NCBI GenBank assembly: GCA_040904025.1
Contig: JBBDUG010000008.1
Span: 1 to 47,185 of the forward strand
DNA: 47,185 nt
Origin: Minisyncoccota bacterium
Lineage (GTDB): Bacteria > Patescibacteriota > Minisyncoccia > Phycocordibacterales > SW-6-46-9
Direction of reading: 5' to 3'
The position numbers and the translations under genes are program-made. The notes under the pieces are model-generated. The model was not told the DNA's origin. It did no database searches and was given only the letters and a program-made list of their open reading frames with translations. Shown in pieces: positions 34,045 through 43,588 of the stretch (position 1 is the stretch's first letter; each line of letters begins with the position of its first letter).

Positions 34045-34063
34045 TCCCGTTGGGGTAACAATA
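34045..34063 (+). repeat. tRNA-Glu 3'-end remnant; likely right boundary of the composite island
   Basis: TCCCGTTGGGGTAACAATA, 18/19 identical to 4122-4140. Confidence 0.75.
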
Positions 34064-34075
34064 CAAAACTCCCTC

Positions 34076-34432
34076 CTACCCATGATTACACCTACCCCGC
34101 ACTGTCACCTCTATCTCATCAACTTTAAAGTCTTTTAACTTAAGTAGCTTTTTAATTTTCTCATCAGGTGCAGTGAAGTGGATAACATTCTCGCAATCAG
34201 TACATACTGCATGATGATGTGGTTCATGCTGATATTCATACAGCACTTCATCTGTATCTAAAAACACTTTAGTGATGAGCTTCTCTTTCACAAAAAGATC
34301 AAGATTACGATATATCGTAACTAAATCGATATCAGGCAATTTCGCATGTATCTCTTTTGCAGAAAGGGTCCCCTCATGCTTTTTAAGCACATCAAGTATT
34401 TGTTTCCTTTTCGTTGTTAGGCGTAGTGTCAT
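34076..34432 (-). CDS. Fur-family (Zur-like) transcriptional regulator
   Basis: RLTTKRKQIL, SAKEI, TIYRNL, HHHAVCTDC; divergent from a ZIP transporter. Confidence 0.92.
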   Translation of the reverse strand: MTLRLTTKRKQILDVLKKHEGTLSAKEIHAKLPDIDLVTIYRNLDLFVKEKLITKVFLDTDEVLYEYQHEPHHHAVCTDCENVIHFTAPDEKIKKLLKLKDFKVDEIEVTVRGRCNHG

Positions 34433-34492
34433 ATGCAAGTGATTTGCATCTTAGCAGAATACTGCTATACTCGCAATGCAAGTGATTTGCAT
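34433..34492. promoter_or_regulatory. Two identical 17 bp palindromic operators (putative Fur/Zur boxes)
   Basis: ATGCAAGTGATTTGCAT at 34433-34449 and 34476-34492 in the divergent promoter region. Confidence 0.75.
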
Positions 34493-34512
34493 TTATTTCT
34501 AACCTGATATAT

Positions 34513-35352
34513 ATGATTCTTGAACCCATATTAGCAGCAGTCGGTATCGCTCTGGTATCACTCACCGGAGTATTGTTCTTTGGGAGCAATAAGCAGCTCA
34601 TGAGGATACAAAAGTATGTCATACCAGTAGCGGTAGGTGTCTTTTTGAGCTTGATTCTTTTTGAACTCATTCCAGAGACACTCGTACTTTCACCAGAATA
34701 CGGAGGCATCGCCATCGCTGTTGGCTTTATCGGGTTCTACATACTCTCAAGCATGCTTCATGAATGGTATCACCACCTCGAAGAGGAGGATTGTGACCGA
34801 AGGGGTGCAGCAGTTCTTCTTCTCATCGGAGATGCTATTCACAATGCAGCAGATGGTGTTATCCTCGGAGGAGCATTTCTCGTTGATCCAACTATTGGAA
34901 TTGCAGCAGCAATAGGGATAGCATTGCATGAGGCACCACAAGAGGTAGTGGAGTTTGGTGTACTGGTCCGAGCCGGTTTTAGTCGTACAAAAGCAGCTCT
35001 ATACAACCTAATCTCTGCAAGCAGCGTTATTCTCGGAACCATCATCACTATCGCCCTCGCCACACACGCAGAAGAATATATTTGGCTACTCACAGGTATT
35101 GCCGCAGGAAACCTTCTCTTCCTAGCTGCAAGTGATCTTCTCCCACGTGTTCATGGGGATCTTAAGAACTATGGCAGTGTCTGGAAATCTGCCACATTGA
35201 TCACACTCGGATTCATCTTCATGACCGGTATCCTCATGTGGACCCATGAATATTTTGGCCATGGACACGAACAGGAAGAGCACTATGAAGAACACCATGA
35301 CGAGATTGAAGAACATCATGATGAAATCGATGAACACGGACATGATGCCTGA
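34513..35352 (+). CDS. ZIP-family metal transporter with His/Glu-rich tail
   Basis: GDAIHNAADG and ALHEAPQE motifs, multiple TM helices. Confidence 0.92.
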   Translation: MILEPILAAVGIALVSLTGVLFFGSNKQLMRIQKYVIPVAVGVFLSLILFELIPETLVLSPEYGGIAIAVGFIGFYILSSMLHEWYHHLEEEDCDRRGAAVLLLIGDAIHNAADGVILGGAFLVDPTIGIAAAIGIALHEAPQEVVEFGVLVRAGFSRTKAALYNLISASSVILGTIITIALATHAEEYIWLLTGIAAGNLLFLAASDLLPRVHGDLKNYGSVWKSATLITLGFIFMTGILMWTHEYFGHGHEQEEHYEEHHDEIEEHHDEIDEHGHDA

Positions 35353-35373
35353 TTTGATATAATATGATGCGTA

Positions 35374-36501
35374 ATGAAATCAAACCTCTCCAAAATACTA
35401 TTTACCACACTTGCTCTGGTAGCACTCGTATCTCCCACCGTTGCCACGGCTCAAGAGGTATACGATAGCTATCAAGGCACATGGCATGGAAAAGTAGTTG
35501 AAGTACTCGATGAGGAGATTCGAGATATTCCAGGAACAGACACCCAACATCTCTATCAAACCATACGAGCGGAAGTACTCGATGGACCCCAAAAAGGTGA
35601 TATCATCACCATTGAAAATGACTACTTAGAACTTAAAGAAGGTAATAAGTTCTATTTCAACCACAACGTCCTCATAGATGGCAGAGAGACGTATAGCGTC
35701 ATCAATATCGACAGAAGAGGAGGTCTCTTCTTTTTGATCGCAATATTTATCGGCGCAATCATTATATTCGGTAGATGGCAGGGAGTACGTTCGCTCGTTG
35801 CACTTGCCGGAAGCTTCTTTGCTATTTTCTACATTCTCATGCCCGGCATACTCGGTGGTTGGAGTCCACTGCTTGCAAGTATTCTGGTTGCCTCTGGTAT
35901 ACTCTTTGCCGCCATCTTCTTTACCCACGGCTTCAATCGAGAATCACTTGTCGCCTACGGAGGAACAATGATCGCTGTTGCCCTCACAGGCCTCTTTGCC
36001 GTATTTTCTGTACATCTCACCGACCTATCTGGATTTTCCTCCGAGTCGGCCACATATCTAAACTTCAACACCGGTGGTTCTCTCGACTTCACCGCATTAC
36101 TCCTCGGAGCGATCATCATCGGAGTATTGGGTATACTCGATGATATTGCTGTAACACAGGCAGCTATTGTTACCGAACTATATGAAAGCAACCCGTCTTT
36201 AAGCAGGGCTGAGGTGTATAAGAAGGCATTGAGAGTTGGACGCGAGCATGTCAGTGCACTGGTTAACACACTTGTTCTTGCATACACCGGAGCTTCACTC
36301 CCTCTTTTGCTCCATTTCTATACCGCATCCTCGAGTATAAGTATGGCGATAAATACAGAGTTGTTTGCAACAGAGATAGTACGAACTATCGTAGGAAGCA
36401 TTGGACTAATACTGGCAGTCCCCATTGTTACAGCACTCGCTGTACTCTATCTAAAGGGGTATAAATCAAAGCACTCACACTCTCACTCACACCATCACTA
36501 A
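35374..36501 (+). CDS. YibE/F-family membrane protein
   Basis: IIIGVLGILDDIAVTQ, GREH...VNTLVLAYTGASLP, EIVRTIVGSIG; His-rich C-terminus. Confidence 0.9.
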   Translation: MKSNLSKILFTTLALVALVSPTVATAQEVYDSYQGTWHGKVVEVLDEEIRDIPGTDTQHLYQTIRAEVLDGPQKGDIITIENDYLELKEGNKFYFNHNVLIDGRETYSVINIDRRGGLFFLIAIFIGAIIIFGRWQGVRSLVALAGSFFAIFYILMPGILGGWSPLLASILVASGILFAAIFFTHGFNRESLVAYGGTMIAVALTGLFAVFSVHLTDLSGFSSESATYLNFNTGGSLDFTALLLGAIIIGVLGILDDIAVTQAAIVTELYESNPSLSRAEVYKKALRVGREHVSALVNTLVLAYTGASLPLLLHFYTASSSISMAINTELFATEIVRTIVGSIGLILAVPIVTALAVLYLKGYKSKHSHSHSHHH

Positions 36502-36516
36502 TCGACGTGATATGAT

Positions 36517-36900
36517 ATGGATATGAATATCGTATATATAATCCTTTCAGTCATAGTTGGGTACTATATTGGCCGCAAAACTAAAAAGACCTCACTCCCC
36601 TCCTCTCCGGAGGAAATCTCGGAGGCACAGGAAGCCGCACGGGAAGCTCTCTCCGAGAGAACTGAGGGGCGCAAAGAGGAGATTGTTGAGATGATGCAGA
36701 ATGCAAAAGAGCGCCATGAGGCGCTTAAAGCCTGTGGATTGGCTGAGGAACGGAAAGGAATACATAGAGAAGATGTAGAGAGGCTACTCGGTGTATCAGC
36801 ACAGACTGCTCTAAAATACCTCAACTCACTTGAGGATGACGGAAAGATAGAGCAGATCGGAGTATCCGGAAAAGACGTATACTACAAGCTTATCTCTTAG
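36517..36900 (+). CDS. Membrane-anchored protein with C-terminal winged HTH
   Basis: N-terminal TM; DVERLLGVSAQTALKYLNSLEDDGKIEQIG. Confidence 0.75.
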   Translation: MDMNIVYIILSVIVGYYIGRKTKKTSLPSSPEEISEAQEAAREALSERTEGRKEEIVEMMQNAKERHEALKACGLAEERKGIHREDVERLLGVSAQTALKYLNSLEDDGKIEQIGVSGKDVYYKLIS

Positions 36901-37022
36901 GGAGAATTATATAAAACCTAGGCGGATTTTATATAGATATCCCCGTCCATTTTATTGACAAAAGACACTTCTCTCACTAGTTTTATAACTGAACCTGTTC
37001 CATTATATTCTGGAGGAAGAAG

Positions 37023-37310
37023 ATGTCTGACTCATTAATACGCCGACTCACTCCGTTGAATAAACAAGGGGGTACCGCCAGCTTCATCGCCAACGTCATA
37101 GAGGACGATGAACTTCTCTCAAAGGAAGAAGTGTTTCTGATAAAGCGGAAAGGACGCTGGGTTCCCGCCCTTGTTAAAAAGGATATGCGCGGACTCCCAC
37201 AACTTTCGCTCACCATCGGGATTCCCATCCCTGACCATGAACATATTGAGGGAGTTAAGTTGGCACAGGTGTGCTCGGATGGCATAAACGCCCTTCCTCT
37301 TAGTAAATAA
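37023..37310 (+). CDS. Hypothetical protein
   Basis: 95 aa ORF preceded by GGAGG; fills the intergenic space. Confidence 0.5.
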   Translation: MSDSLIRRLTPLNKQGGTASFIANVIEDDELLSKEEVFLIKRKGRWVPALVKKDMRGLPQLSLTIGIPIPDHEHIEGVKLAQVCSDGINALPLSK

Positions 37311-37360
37311 GGGTAGATACCCTCCCCCCAGCGTGACTGAAACCCAGTCACGCCTTTTTT

Positions 37361-39079
37361 CTATCTATCCGGCGGAATTTGATAATAGGAGATAAGAAAA
37401 TCAACAAGGTCCATAAAGGGGTCGGTGAGTGTCTCGGATGCATATCGTGCTCCCTGGGGCTCGAGGCTTATGAGGAATATAAGGTACTTGGCTTCATACG
37501 CCGGAAAGTATCCAAAAAATGAGTGGAGAAAGCGATCATCATAGTATCCTCCGTTAGGAGCAGGGATCTGCGCTGTTCCCGTCTTTGCCGCAATATTATA
37601 CCCCTCTCGCTTCTCTGTGCCCCCAACCAGCGCATCATCTACAGCCCCGACAAGCATACGAGAGATCTCTTCAGATGTAGAGGGTCGTATAACCCCCTCT
37701 TTAACTGGTTTTTCAATATCACGTCGTATTCCAATGTCATATTTAATACTGTCAGTGACATGCGGTGTCACAAGTCGCCCACCATTTGCAAGTGTTGCAA
37801 GAGCACGGACTGTCGCAATGGGAGTCATTGCAATTCCCTGCCCGAATGAAGCGGTAAAGTGTTCGATATCACGAGGGCTTGAAAGGTTTTCGGTGAGTCC
37901 GGCAACTTCTCCCGGAAGATCAATATTTGTCAGACTCTGTATGCCATACCCACGCATATACTCAGAGAAGCGTTCATTCCCCAACCGCTGGACAACAAAG
38001 GAGACACCTGTGTTGAGAGATTGGTTGAGCACCTCCTGCATATTCACCACCCCTCGTGCACGTTTGTCATAGTTGGAGATTTTCTCCCCATTCACCTCAA
38101 TTGTCCCCGTGTCATTGTATGTTGTCTCGGGAGTTATAACTCCGGCATCAAGTCCCGCCGCTATTGTCAGTGGCTTTATAATAGATCCCATCTCATATAC
38201 ATTCTGTACGAGTGAGTTGGTGAATACTCCAACATCTCTCTCTTCATTATATGTATTGGGGTTAAATGAGGGCGTGACTCCCATAGCTCGTATTGCCCCT
38301 GTTTGGGGATCCATGATAATACCGGCAACCATCTTGGAGTTCCACGTCTCCGCTGCCTCTTGTAGTTGCTTCTCGAGTTCCCGCTGTACTGTTGGCTCAA
38401 TTGTGAGCTGAATGTCTCCTGAGCGCTGTGAATTCCCACTTACAATAGTCTCCCCCACCTGAGAGAATACTTCAGCAAAGAAGTTAATATAGAGGTTCTC
38501 AGTGTGTTCTGAGAGCGTATCATTCCAGTATTCTTCTGCTCCATAGCGTCCTTCGAGTGTATCCCCGTTATACCCCACAAATCCAAGAACATGACTGGCG
38601 AGATCTTGTCCAGGATAGAATCTCCACCGCTCCTTATACACCTTCACTCCATCTATCCCCAATGCAGAGATAGCATCCGCCTTCTCTTCGCTGAGACGAT
38701 TAAGTATTACTTCATACGGATCATCCTTCCCCGCCTTGAGAAAGAAGCTGTCCTTCTCGATCTCAACGATCTCAGAGAGTGCAGTATATGCAGCCTGTGC
38801 ATCTTCAATCGTACGCGGATTGATCGCAAGCAGGTATCCCGATTTCAGTGTTGCCGCAGAGACATGCTCTCCGTCTTTGTTGGTGAAATATATAGAACCG
38901 CGGGTAAAAAGATCTTGTGTTGTCTGTACATACTGTCGATCAGCACGATCATTAAACTCATCACCATGTACAACCTGTACGAAATAGAGTCTCACCCCGA
39001 GGATGAGAGCAGTGAAGATAAAAAAGCCCGTTATTATACGTAGTCGCTTTGTACTTAAATTTTTTCCAGTCCTACTCAC
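37361..39079 (-). CDS. ftsI: Class B penicillin-binding protein (FtsI-like)
   Basis: RGSIY, EMGSIIK (SxxK), SLN, KTGTAQ; follows mraZ-rsmH-ftsL-like. Confidence 0.88.
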   Translation of the reverse strand: MSRTGKNLSTKRLRIITGFFIFTALILGVRLYFVQVVHGDEFNDRADRQYVQTTQDLFTRGSIYFTNKDGEHVSAATLKSGYLLAINPRTIEDAQAAYTALSEIVEIEKDSFFLKAGKDDPYEVILNRLSEEKADAISALGIDGVKVYKERWRFYPGQDLASHVLGFVGYNGDTLEGRYGAEEYWNDTLSEHTENLYINFFAEVFSQVGETIVSGNSQRSGDIQLTIEPTVQRELEKQLQEAAETWNSKMVAGIIMDPQTGAIRAMGVTPSFNPNTYNEERDVGVFTNSLVQNVYEMGSIIKPLTIAAGLDAGVITPETTYNDTGTIEVNGEKISNYDKRARGVVNMQEVLNQSLNTGVSFVVQRLGNERFSEYMRGYGIQSLTNIDLPGEVAGLTENLSSPRDIEHFTASFGQGIAMTPIATVRALATLANGGRLVTPHVTDSIKYDIGIRRDIEKPVKEGVIRPSTSEEISRMLVGAVDDALVGGTEKREGYNIAAKTGTAQIPAPNGGYYDDRFLHSFFGYFPAYEAKYLIFLISLEPQGARYASETLTDPFMDLVDFLISYYQIPPDR

Positions 39080-39383
39080 GGAAGGTTACAACATCACTAG
39101 AACCGCGTGTGACAAAGTGCTGATTGGTCACTTCTTTAAATCCAAGAGTATGTGCGTATTCTTGTGTAAGTGTTGCTTTTGTCTGCATGTATTCATATTC
39201 CATCTCGGCAATACGTGCACTCACGAGAGCGATCTCCTCTTCAACATCTTTGCGATCCACCACATGCAAGACTGTTTTATTTACAAAATATGCGTATGAA
39301 ATAGAGGCAACAGCAAGAATTGCAATCAATCCAAATGTGATTGCTCTTTCTGTTCCTATTGATTGTAGTTTTGAAATGTTCAT
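39072..39383 (-). CDS. FtsL-like cell division protein
   Basis: Single TM + coiled coil ending AHTLGF; located between rsmH and the PBP gene. Confidence 0.65.
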   Translation of the reverse strand: MNISKLQSIGTERAITFGLIAILAVASISYAYFVNKTVLHVVDRKDVEEEIALVSARIAEMEYEYMQTKATLTQEYAHTLGFKEVTNQHFVTRGSSDVVTFRE

Positions 39384-40264
39384 TGTCGTTCAGCTACGCG
39401 GAGTTTTGCGCTTCGTGCGCGAGGATTTTCCGCTCTCTCCTCTTCGCTTGGCTGCAGTGGCTTTTTTGTATGTATGAGTGCGTCTCTCTGACGCTTGAAG
39501 AAGTGCTTTACAACCCTATCCTCAAGACTGTGAAATGAAATGACTGCGAACCGTCCATTGGGGCCTAATCTCCCCCATCCACCTCGGAGCACCTCTCGGA
39601 GTGCCTCGATCTCATCATTCACAGCAATTCTTAAGGCTTGAAAGGTGCGTGTGGCCGGATGGATGCGTCCTCTCCGATAGCGGGCGGGAACGGCCTCTTC
39701 AATAATCTCCCGAAGGTCTTTTGTGGTATTTATGGGAGATTCTTTCCGCGTGGAAATGATTGCTTCTGTAATACGGCGTGCATATCGCTCTTCGCCATAT
39801 CCGGAGATCACTGCTTCGATATTCTCCCCGTCCCATTGATTCACAATTGTTGACGCGGTGAGATCATCTTCTTTGGGATGCGGATTGAATGTCATGAGGA
39901 GAGGTTCTTCCCCTTTAAAGCTGAATCCGCGCCCTGATGAATCGATCTGCTCACTGCGTATACCGAGATCAAGAAGAATACCGTCTACATATTTAATCTC
40001 AAGATCATCAAGAACCTGAGTGATATTGCGTGCATTCTCTCGAATGAGATGGGTCGTGCACGCAAGATCAGAGAGATTCTCTTCTGCCATCTTAAGCGCT
40101 TCGGAATCCTCGTCGAGACCGATAATTGTGCCGCTCGCGCCTAGTTTCTTTCCGATTTCTCGAGCATGTCCACCATTTCCGATAGTCCCATCAACAAATA
40201 TCTCGCCTTCTTGTGGATCAAGGAGATCGAGAACTTCATCGAGGAGTACAGGGATATGAGTCAT
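39380..40264 (-). CDS. rsmH: 16S rRNA m4C1402 methyltransferase
   Basis: HIPVLLDE, DGTIGNGGH, HPATRTFQALRIAVNDE, ISFHSLEDR, NPRARSAKLR. Confidence 0.97.
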   Translation of the reverse strand: MTHIPVLLDEVLDLLDPQEGEIFVDGTIGNGGHAREIGKKLGASGTIIGLDEDSEALKMAEENLSDLACTTHLIRENARNITQVLDDLEIKYVDGILLDLGIRSEQIDSSGRGFSFKGEEPLLMTFNPHPKEDDLTASTIVNQWDGENIEAVISGYGEERYARRITEAIISTRKESPINTTKDLREIIEEAVPARYRRGRIHPATRTFQALRIAVNDEIEALREVLRGGWGRLGPNGRFAVISFHSLEDRVVKHFFKRQRDALIHTKKPLQPSEEERAENPRARSAKLRVAERQ

Positions 40265-40265
40265 A

Positions 40266-40700
40266 TTAGATCATTCCGACATCACCAAGTCTTTCTGCCA
40301 ACATGTCAGCTTGCGATTCAATACGCTCCTTGCACTCTTCCCAGCTTTCGGTATTCCAGACTTCAACCCTATTCCCCACTCCGGCAAGAATCACTTTGTC
40401 CTCCAAAGAGGCAAACTCTTTGAGGACATCCGGAATGAGGATACGTCCCGAGGAATCAACGTTTGCTTCCACTGCTCCGGAGAGCATGAAGCGGTTGAGG
40501 TTACGGGAATCGGATTGACCGAAACTCAGCTGCGTTAATTTTTCAGAGATCTGTTCCCAGCGGGAAAGTGAGTAGAGAAACAAACAATTATCGAGTCCGC
40601 GTGTAAGGACAACTGTCTTTCCGAGTTCCCTGCGAAACTTCGCCGGAAGCGAAATCCTTTTCTTATCATCCAGTGTATGTGTGTATTCTCCTATGAGCAT
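40266..40700 (-). CDS. mraZ: Division/cell wall cluster transcriptional repressor
   Basis: MLIGEYTHTLDDKKRISLPAKFR and DSSGRILIP motifs. Confidence 0.96.
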   Translation of the reverse strand: MLIGEYTHTLDDKKRISLPAKFRRELGKTVVLTRGLDNCLFLYSLSRWEQISEKLTQLSFGQSDSRNLNRFMLSGAVEANVDSSGRILIPDVLKEFASLEDKVILAGVGNRVEVWNTESWEECKERIESQADMLAERLGDVGMI

Positions 40701-40794
40701 ATTCACGAGTCTACGGATGAACACGAACGACACGAAGCTGAGCGTTGATTATTGTGTCATTCGCTAACATCCGTGTACTCGTTTCGTGCTCTAT

Positions 40795-40865
40795 CCCACT
40801 TTATCCCACTTAGTTACCATTCTATACCACTGAGCACCACTTGGCGAATCAGTTATCCACACCAC
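40795..40865 (-). promoter_or_regulatory. MraZ-binding direct repeats
   Basis: GTGG(G) boxes at ~10 bp spacing upstream of mraZ (CCAC on + at 40796, 40806, 40827, 40837, 40857). Confidence 0.7.
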
Positions 40866-41055
40866 ATTGACACTCAATATGTAAGAGATAGAGACAAGTA
40901 TTAAACAAAAAAATCTCCTCAGAGTATGTACTCTTCAAGTACCCTGCCGACAGGTGAGATCCTTCTCATCTTTTCGAAACGATGTCTTGAAATAAAAAAA
41001 CACATCGGAACATTTTCCGATGTGAATTTTCATCAAGAAGAGTCTATAGGACAAT

Positions 41056-43344
41056 TTAGATATCATCTTGTCTTTTACGCTCAATATGTCCTTTATACCA
41101 CTCACGTATAAGCCACGCGAGTATAAGTAGGAGTATTAAAATGAAGAGTCCTGTGGATCCAAGGAAGTTAAACATGCTATCGAGCCCCGTGTAGAAGGCA
41201 GCGGCTACATTTTGTAGCGGTGTACGTATTTGTTCATCGAGTATGATAACCTTACCTTTTTGGTCATCCGGCTCTTTTGTCGTCGTCGGCGTAGTTGTCG
41301 CCGGTGTATGTATCTCTTCTGCGGGCCTATTTCCAACGCCAACCTTCCAAATGTCGGCATCTGCACCGCCAACCTGTGGCTGTGCACCTAACTGAAAGAG
41401 ATGCCTATATGCATTTATCTCCTGCTGATTCGCCCCTGAAAGTGGGAACGGACGATTACAGAATATCTCATTTATCTGCTTTTTCGTTGTTATGTATACG
41501 TACCCAGTTGGCTGGTTATCACCATAGCCCCATGGGTTAAGGATCTGTTCTGAATAACGCATCTGAAATACATTAACAGCCTGGAGTGTCGGTTCATCAA
41601 ACACACCAGTAACTTCGAGGGAGAATCCCTCAAACACGTTAAGGAACACCTGCAATTTCATGACCTCTATCCAGTCATTATGAAAATCAATTCGCAGATA
41701 ATCATTTAAATATGTACATGTAGTTGCACCAAGCACCTCTGGCTCAGGTGCATCGGGAGAAGAACCTCCTCCACCGCCACCACTGCTTCCACCACCTCCT
41801 CCACTTCCGCCACCTCCACCTCCACCAGAGGGAGCACAGTCAACAGTTATAGTGCGGTCTGCAGTATCAGTTCCACCGTTCCCGTCATCGGCGGTATATG
41901 TGAGGATATATGATCCATCGGTACTATCTGCAAGTGCATCATTGAGATCATCATCACCACTCACATCAATCTGTACAGAATCACCGTCTGGGTCAGTGGC
42001 AGAGACACCCGCCATTGCATCGAAGGTCGATGGACATGATGTTAGTGTCTGATTTCCAATACCAGTGATAGTCGGTGCGCTATTGCTACTTCCACCTCCG
42101 CCGCCACCTCCAGAGGGGGCACAGTCAACAGTTATAGTGCGATCTGCGATATCAATCCCACCATTACCATCATCGGCGGTATAAGTGAGCGTATAGGTGC
42201 CATTGTTGCTGTTTGAGAGGGCGGTGTTGAGTACTCCATCTCCGGAAACATCAATCTGTACAGCATCACCATCTGGGTCAGTTGCAGAAACACCTGCCAT
42301 TGCATTAAAGGTTGATGGACATGATGTTAGTGTCTGATTTCCAATACCGGTGATAGTCGGTGCTGAGTTTCCACCACTTGGTCCTCCTGTACCACACGTA
42401 TCGTTATTCACAGTTATCGTACGATCAACAATATCGAATCCTCCATTTCCATCATCGGCAATGTATGTGAGAACATACGTACCTGCATTGTTGTTTGAAA
42501 GCGCGGTATTAAGTGTGTTGTCTCCTGATACATCGATTTGTACAGAATCACCGTCTGGGTCAGTGGCAGAGACACCCGCCATTGCATTAAAAGAGTCTTC
42601 ACATACTGAGATGGAGGTGTTTCCTACACCTGTGAGCGATGGTGCTGAGTTTCCACCACTTGGTCCTCCAGTACCACATGTATCGTTATTCACAGTTATT
42701 GTACGGTCAACAATATCGAATCCTCCATTTCCGTCATCAGCGGTATAAGTAAGGGTGTATGTACCAGGAGTGTTGTTTGAAAGTGCATCTGCAAGTACCC
42801 CATCTCCGGAAACATCAATCTGTACAGAGTCACCATCTGGGTCAGTTGCAGAGACACCAGACATCGGGTCAAAGGAATCATCACAAATAGTGAGTGTTGT
42901 ATTATTTACCCCTGTTATAGATGGAGCACTGTTACTACTTCCACAACTCTCGTCGTTAACTGTTATCGTACGATCAACAATATCGAATCCTCCATTTCCA
43001 TCATCGGCAATGTATGTGAGAACATACGTACCTGCATTGTTGTTTGAAAGCGCGGTATTAAGTGTGTTGTCTCCTGATACATCGATTTGTACAGAATCAC
43101 CGTCTGGGTCAGTGGCAGAGACACCCGCCATTGCATTAAAAGAGTCTTCACATACTGAGATGGAGGTGTTTCCTACACCTGTAAGCGATGGTGCTGAGTT
43201 AGATGATTGAGCGTGTGTAATCCCAGTACCAATAGTCATGAAAAAGACGAATGCCACAGCAAGCGCTGCAAGGAGGGTTTTATTTGAAATTATTTGAATC
43301 AATTTGTTCATAAAAGATAAAGTGTGTTCCTCCGCCTTTCCCAT
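41056..43344 (-). CDS. Surface protein with five Ig-like (DUF5011/HYR-like) repeats, Gly linker, peptidoglycan-binding-like domain and C-terminal TM
   Basis: Signal peptide; 5x SAP.ITG...GVSATDPDGD...GTY.LTY.ADDGNGG...RTITV; EVMKLQVFLN...TGVFDEPTLQAVNVFQ. Confidence 0.85.
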   Translation of the reverse strand: MGKAEEHTLSFMNKLIQIISNKTLLAALAVAFVFFMTIGTGITHAQSSNSAPSLTGVGNTSISVCEDSFNAMAGVSATDPDGDSVQIDVSGDNTLNTALSNNNAGTYVLTYIADDGNGGFDIVDRTITVNDESCGSSNSAPSITGVNNTTLTICDDSFDPMSGVSATDPDGDSVQIDVSGDGVLADALSNNTPGTYTLTYTADDGNGGFDIVDRTITVNNDTCGTGGPSGGNSAPSLTGVGNTSISVCEDSFNAMAGVSATDPDGDSVQIDVSGDNTLNTALSNNNAGTYVLTYIADDGNGGFDIVDRTITVNNDTCGTGGPSGGNSAPTITGIGNQTLTSCPSTFNAMAGVSATDPDGDAVQIDVSGDGVLNTALSNSNNGTYTLTYTADDGNGGIDIADRTITVDCAPSGGGGGGGSSNSAPTITGIGNQTLTSCPSTFDAMAGVSATDPDGDSVQIDVSGDDDLNDALADSTDGSYILTYTADDGNGGTDTADRTITVDCAPSGGGGGGGSGGGGGSSGGGGGGSSPDAPEPEVLGATTCTYLNDYLRIDFHNDWIEVMKLQVFLNVFEGFSLEVTGVFDEPTLQAVNVFQMRYSEQILNPWGYGDNQPTGYVYITTKKQINEIFCNRPFPLSGANQQEINAYRHLFQLGAQPQVGGADADIWKVGVGNRPAEEIHTPATTTPTTTKEPDDQKGKVIILDEQIRTPLQNVAAAFYTGLDSMFNFLGSTGLFILILLLILAWLIREWYKGHIERKRQDDI
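42413..43200. repeat. Near-identical intragenic direct repeat (42413-42651 / 42962-43200)
   Basis: ~239 bp with one mismatch noticed; the alternative-frame ORF translations in the ORF track are identical. Confidence 0.85.
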
Positions 43345-43588
43345 GGAAGATCACAGTATATTTAACACTAGGTGTAAATAGATGCATGTCAATACCTCCG
43401 ACAATTATTCAAGCTGTTAACAGGGTCTAAAACACCATATGTCCTTTAGAAAGGTCTAGTTTGGCTTATATGTTTTTCTAAAGGTCAAAGTTCATGATTT
43501 CATCTTGTCCTTTATAATAATGTCCTTTAAAGAAAAAAGACGTACACGGCAAGGCCATGTACGTCCGATCGTCGTCAATGAACATTAA

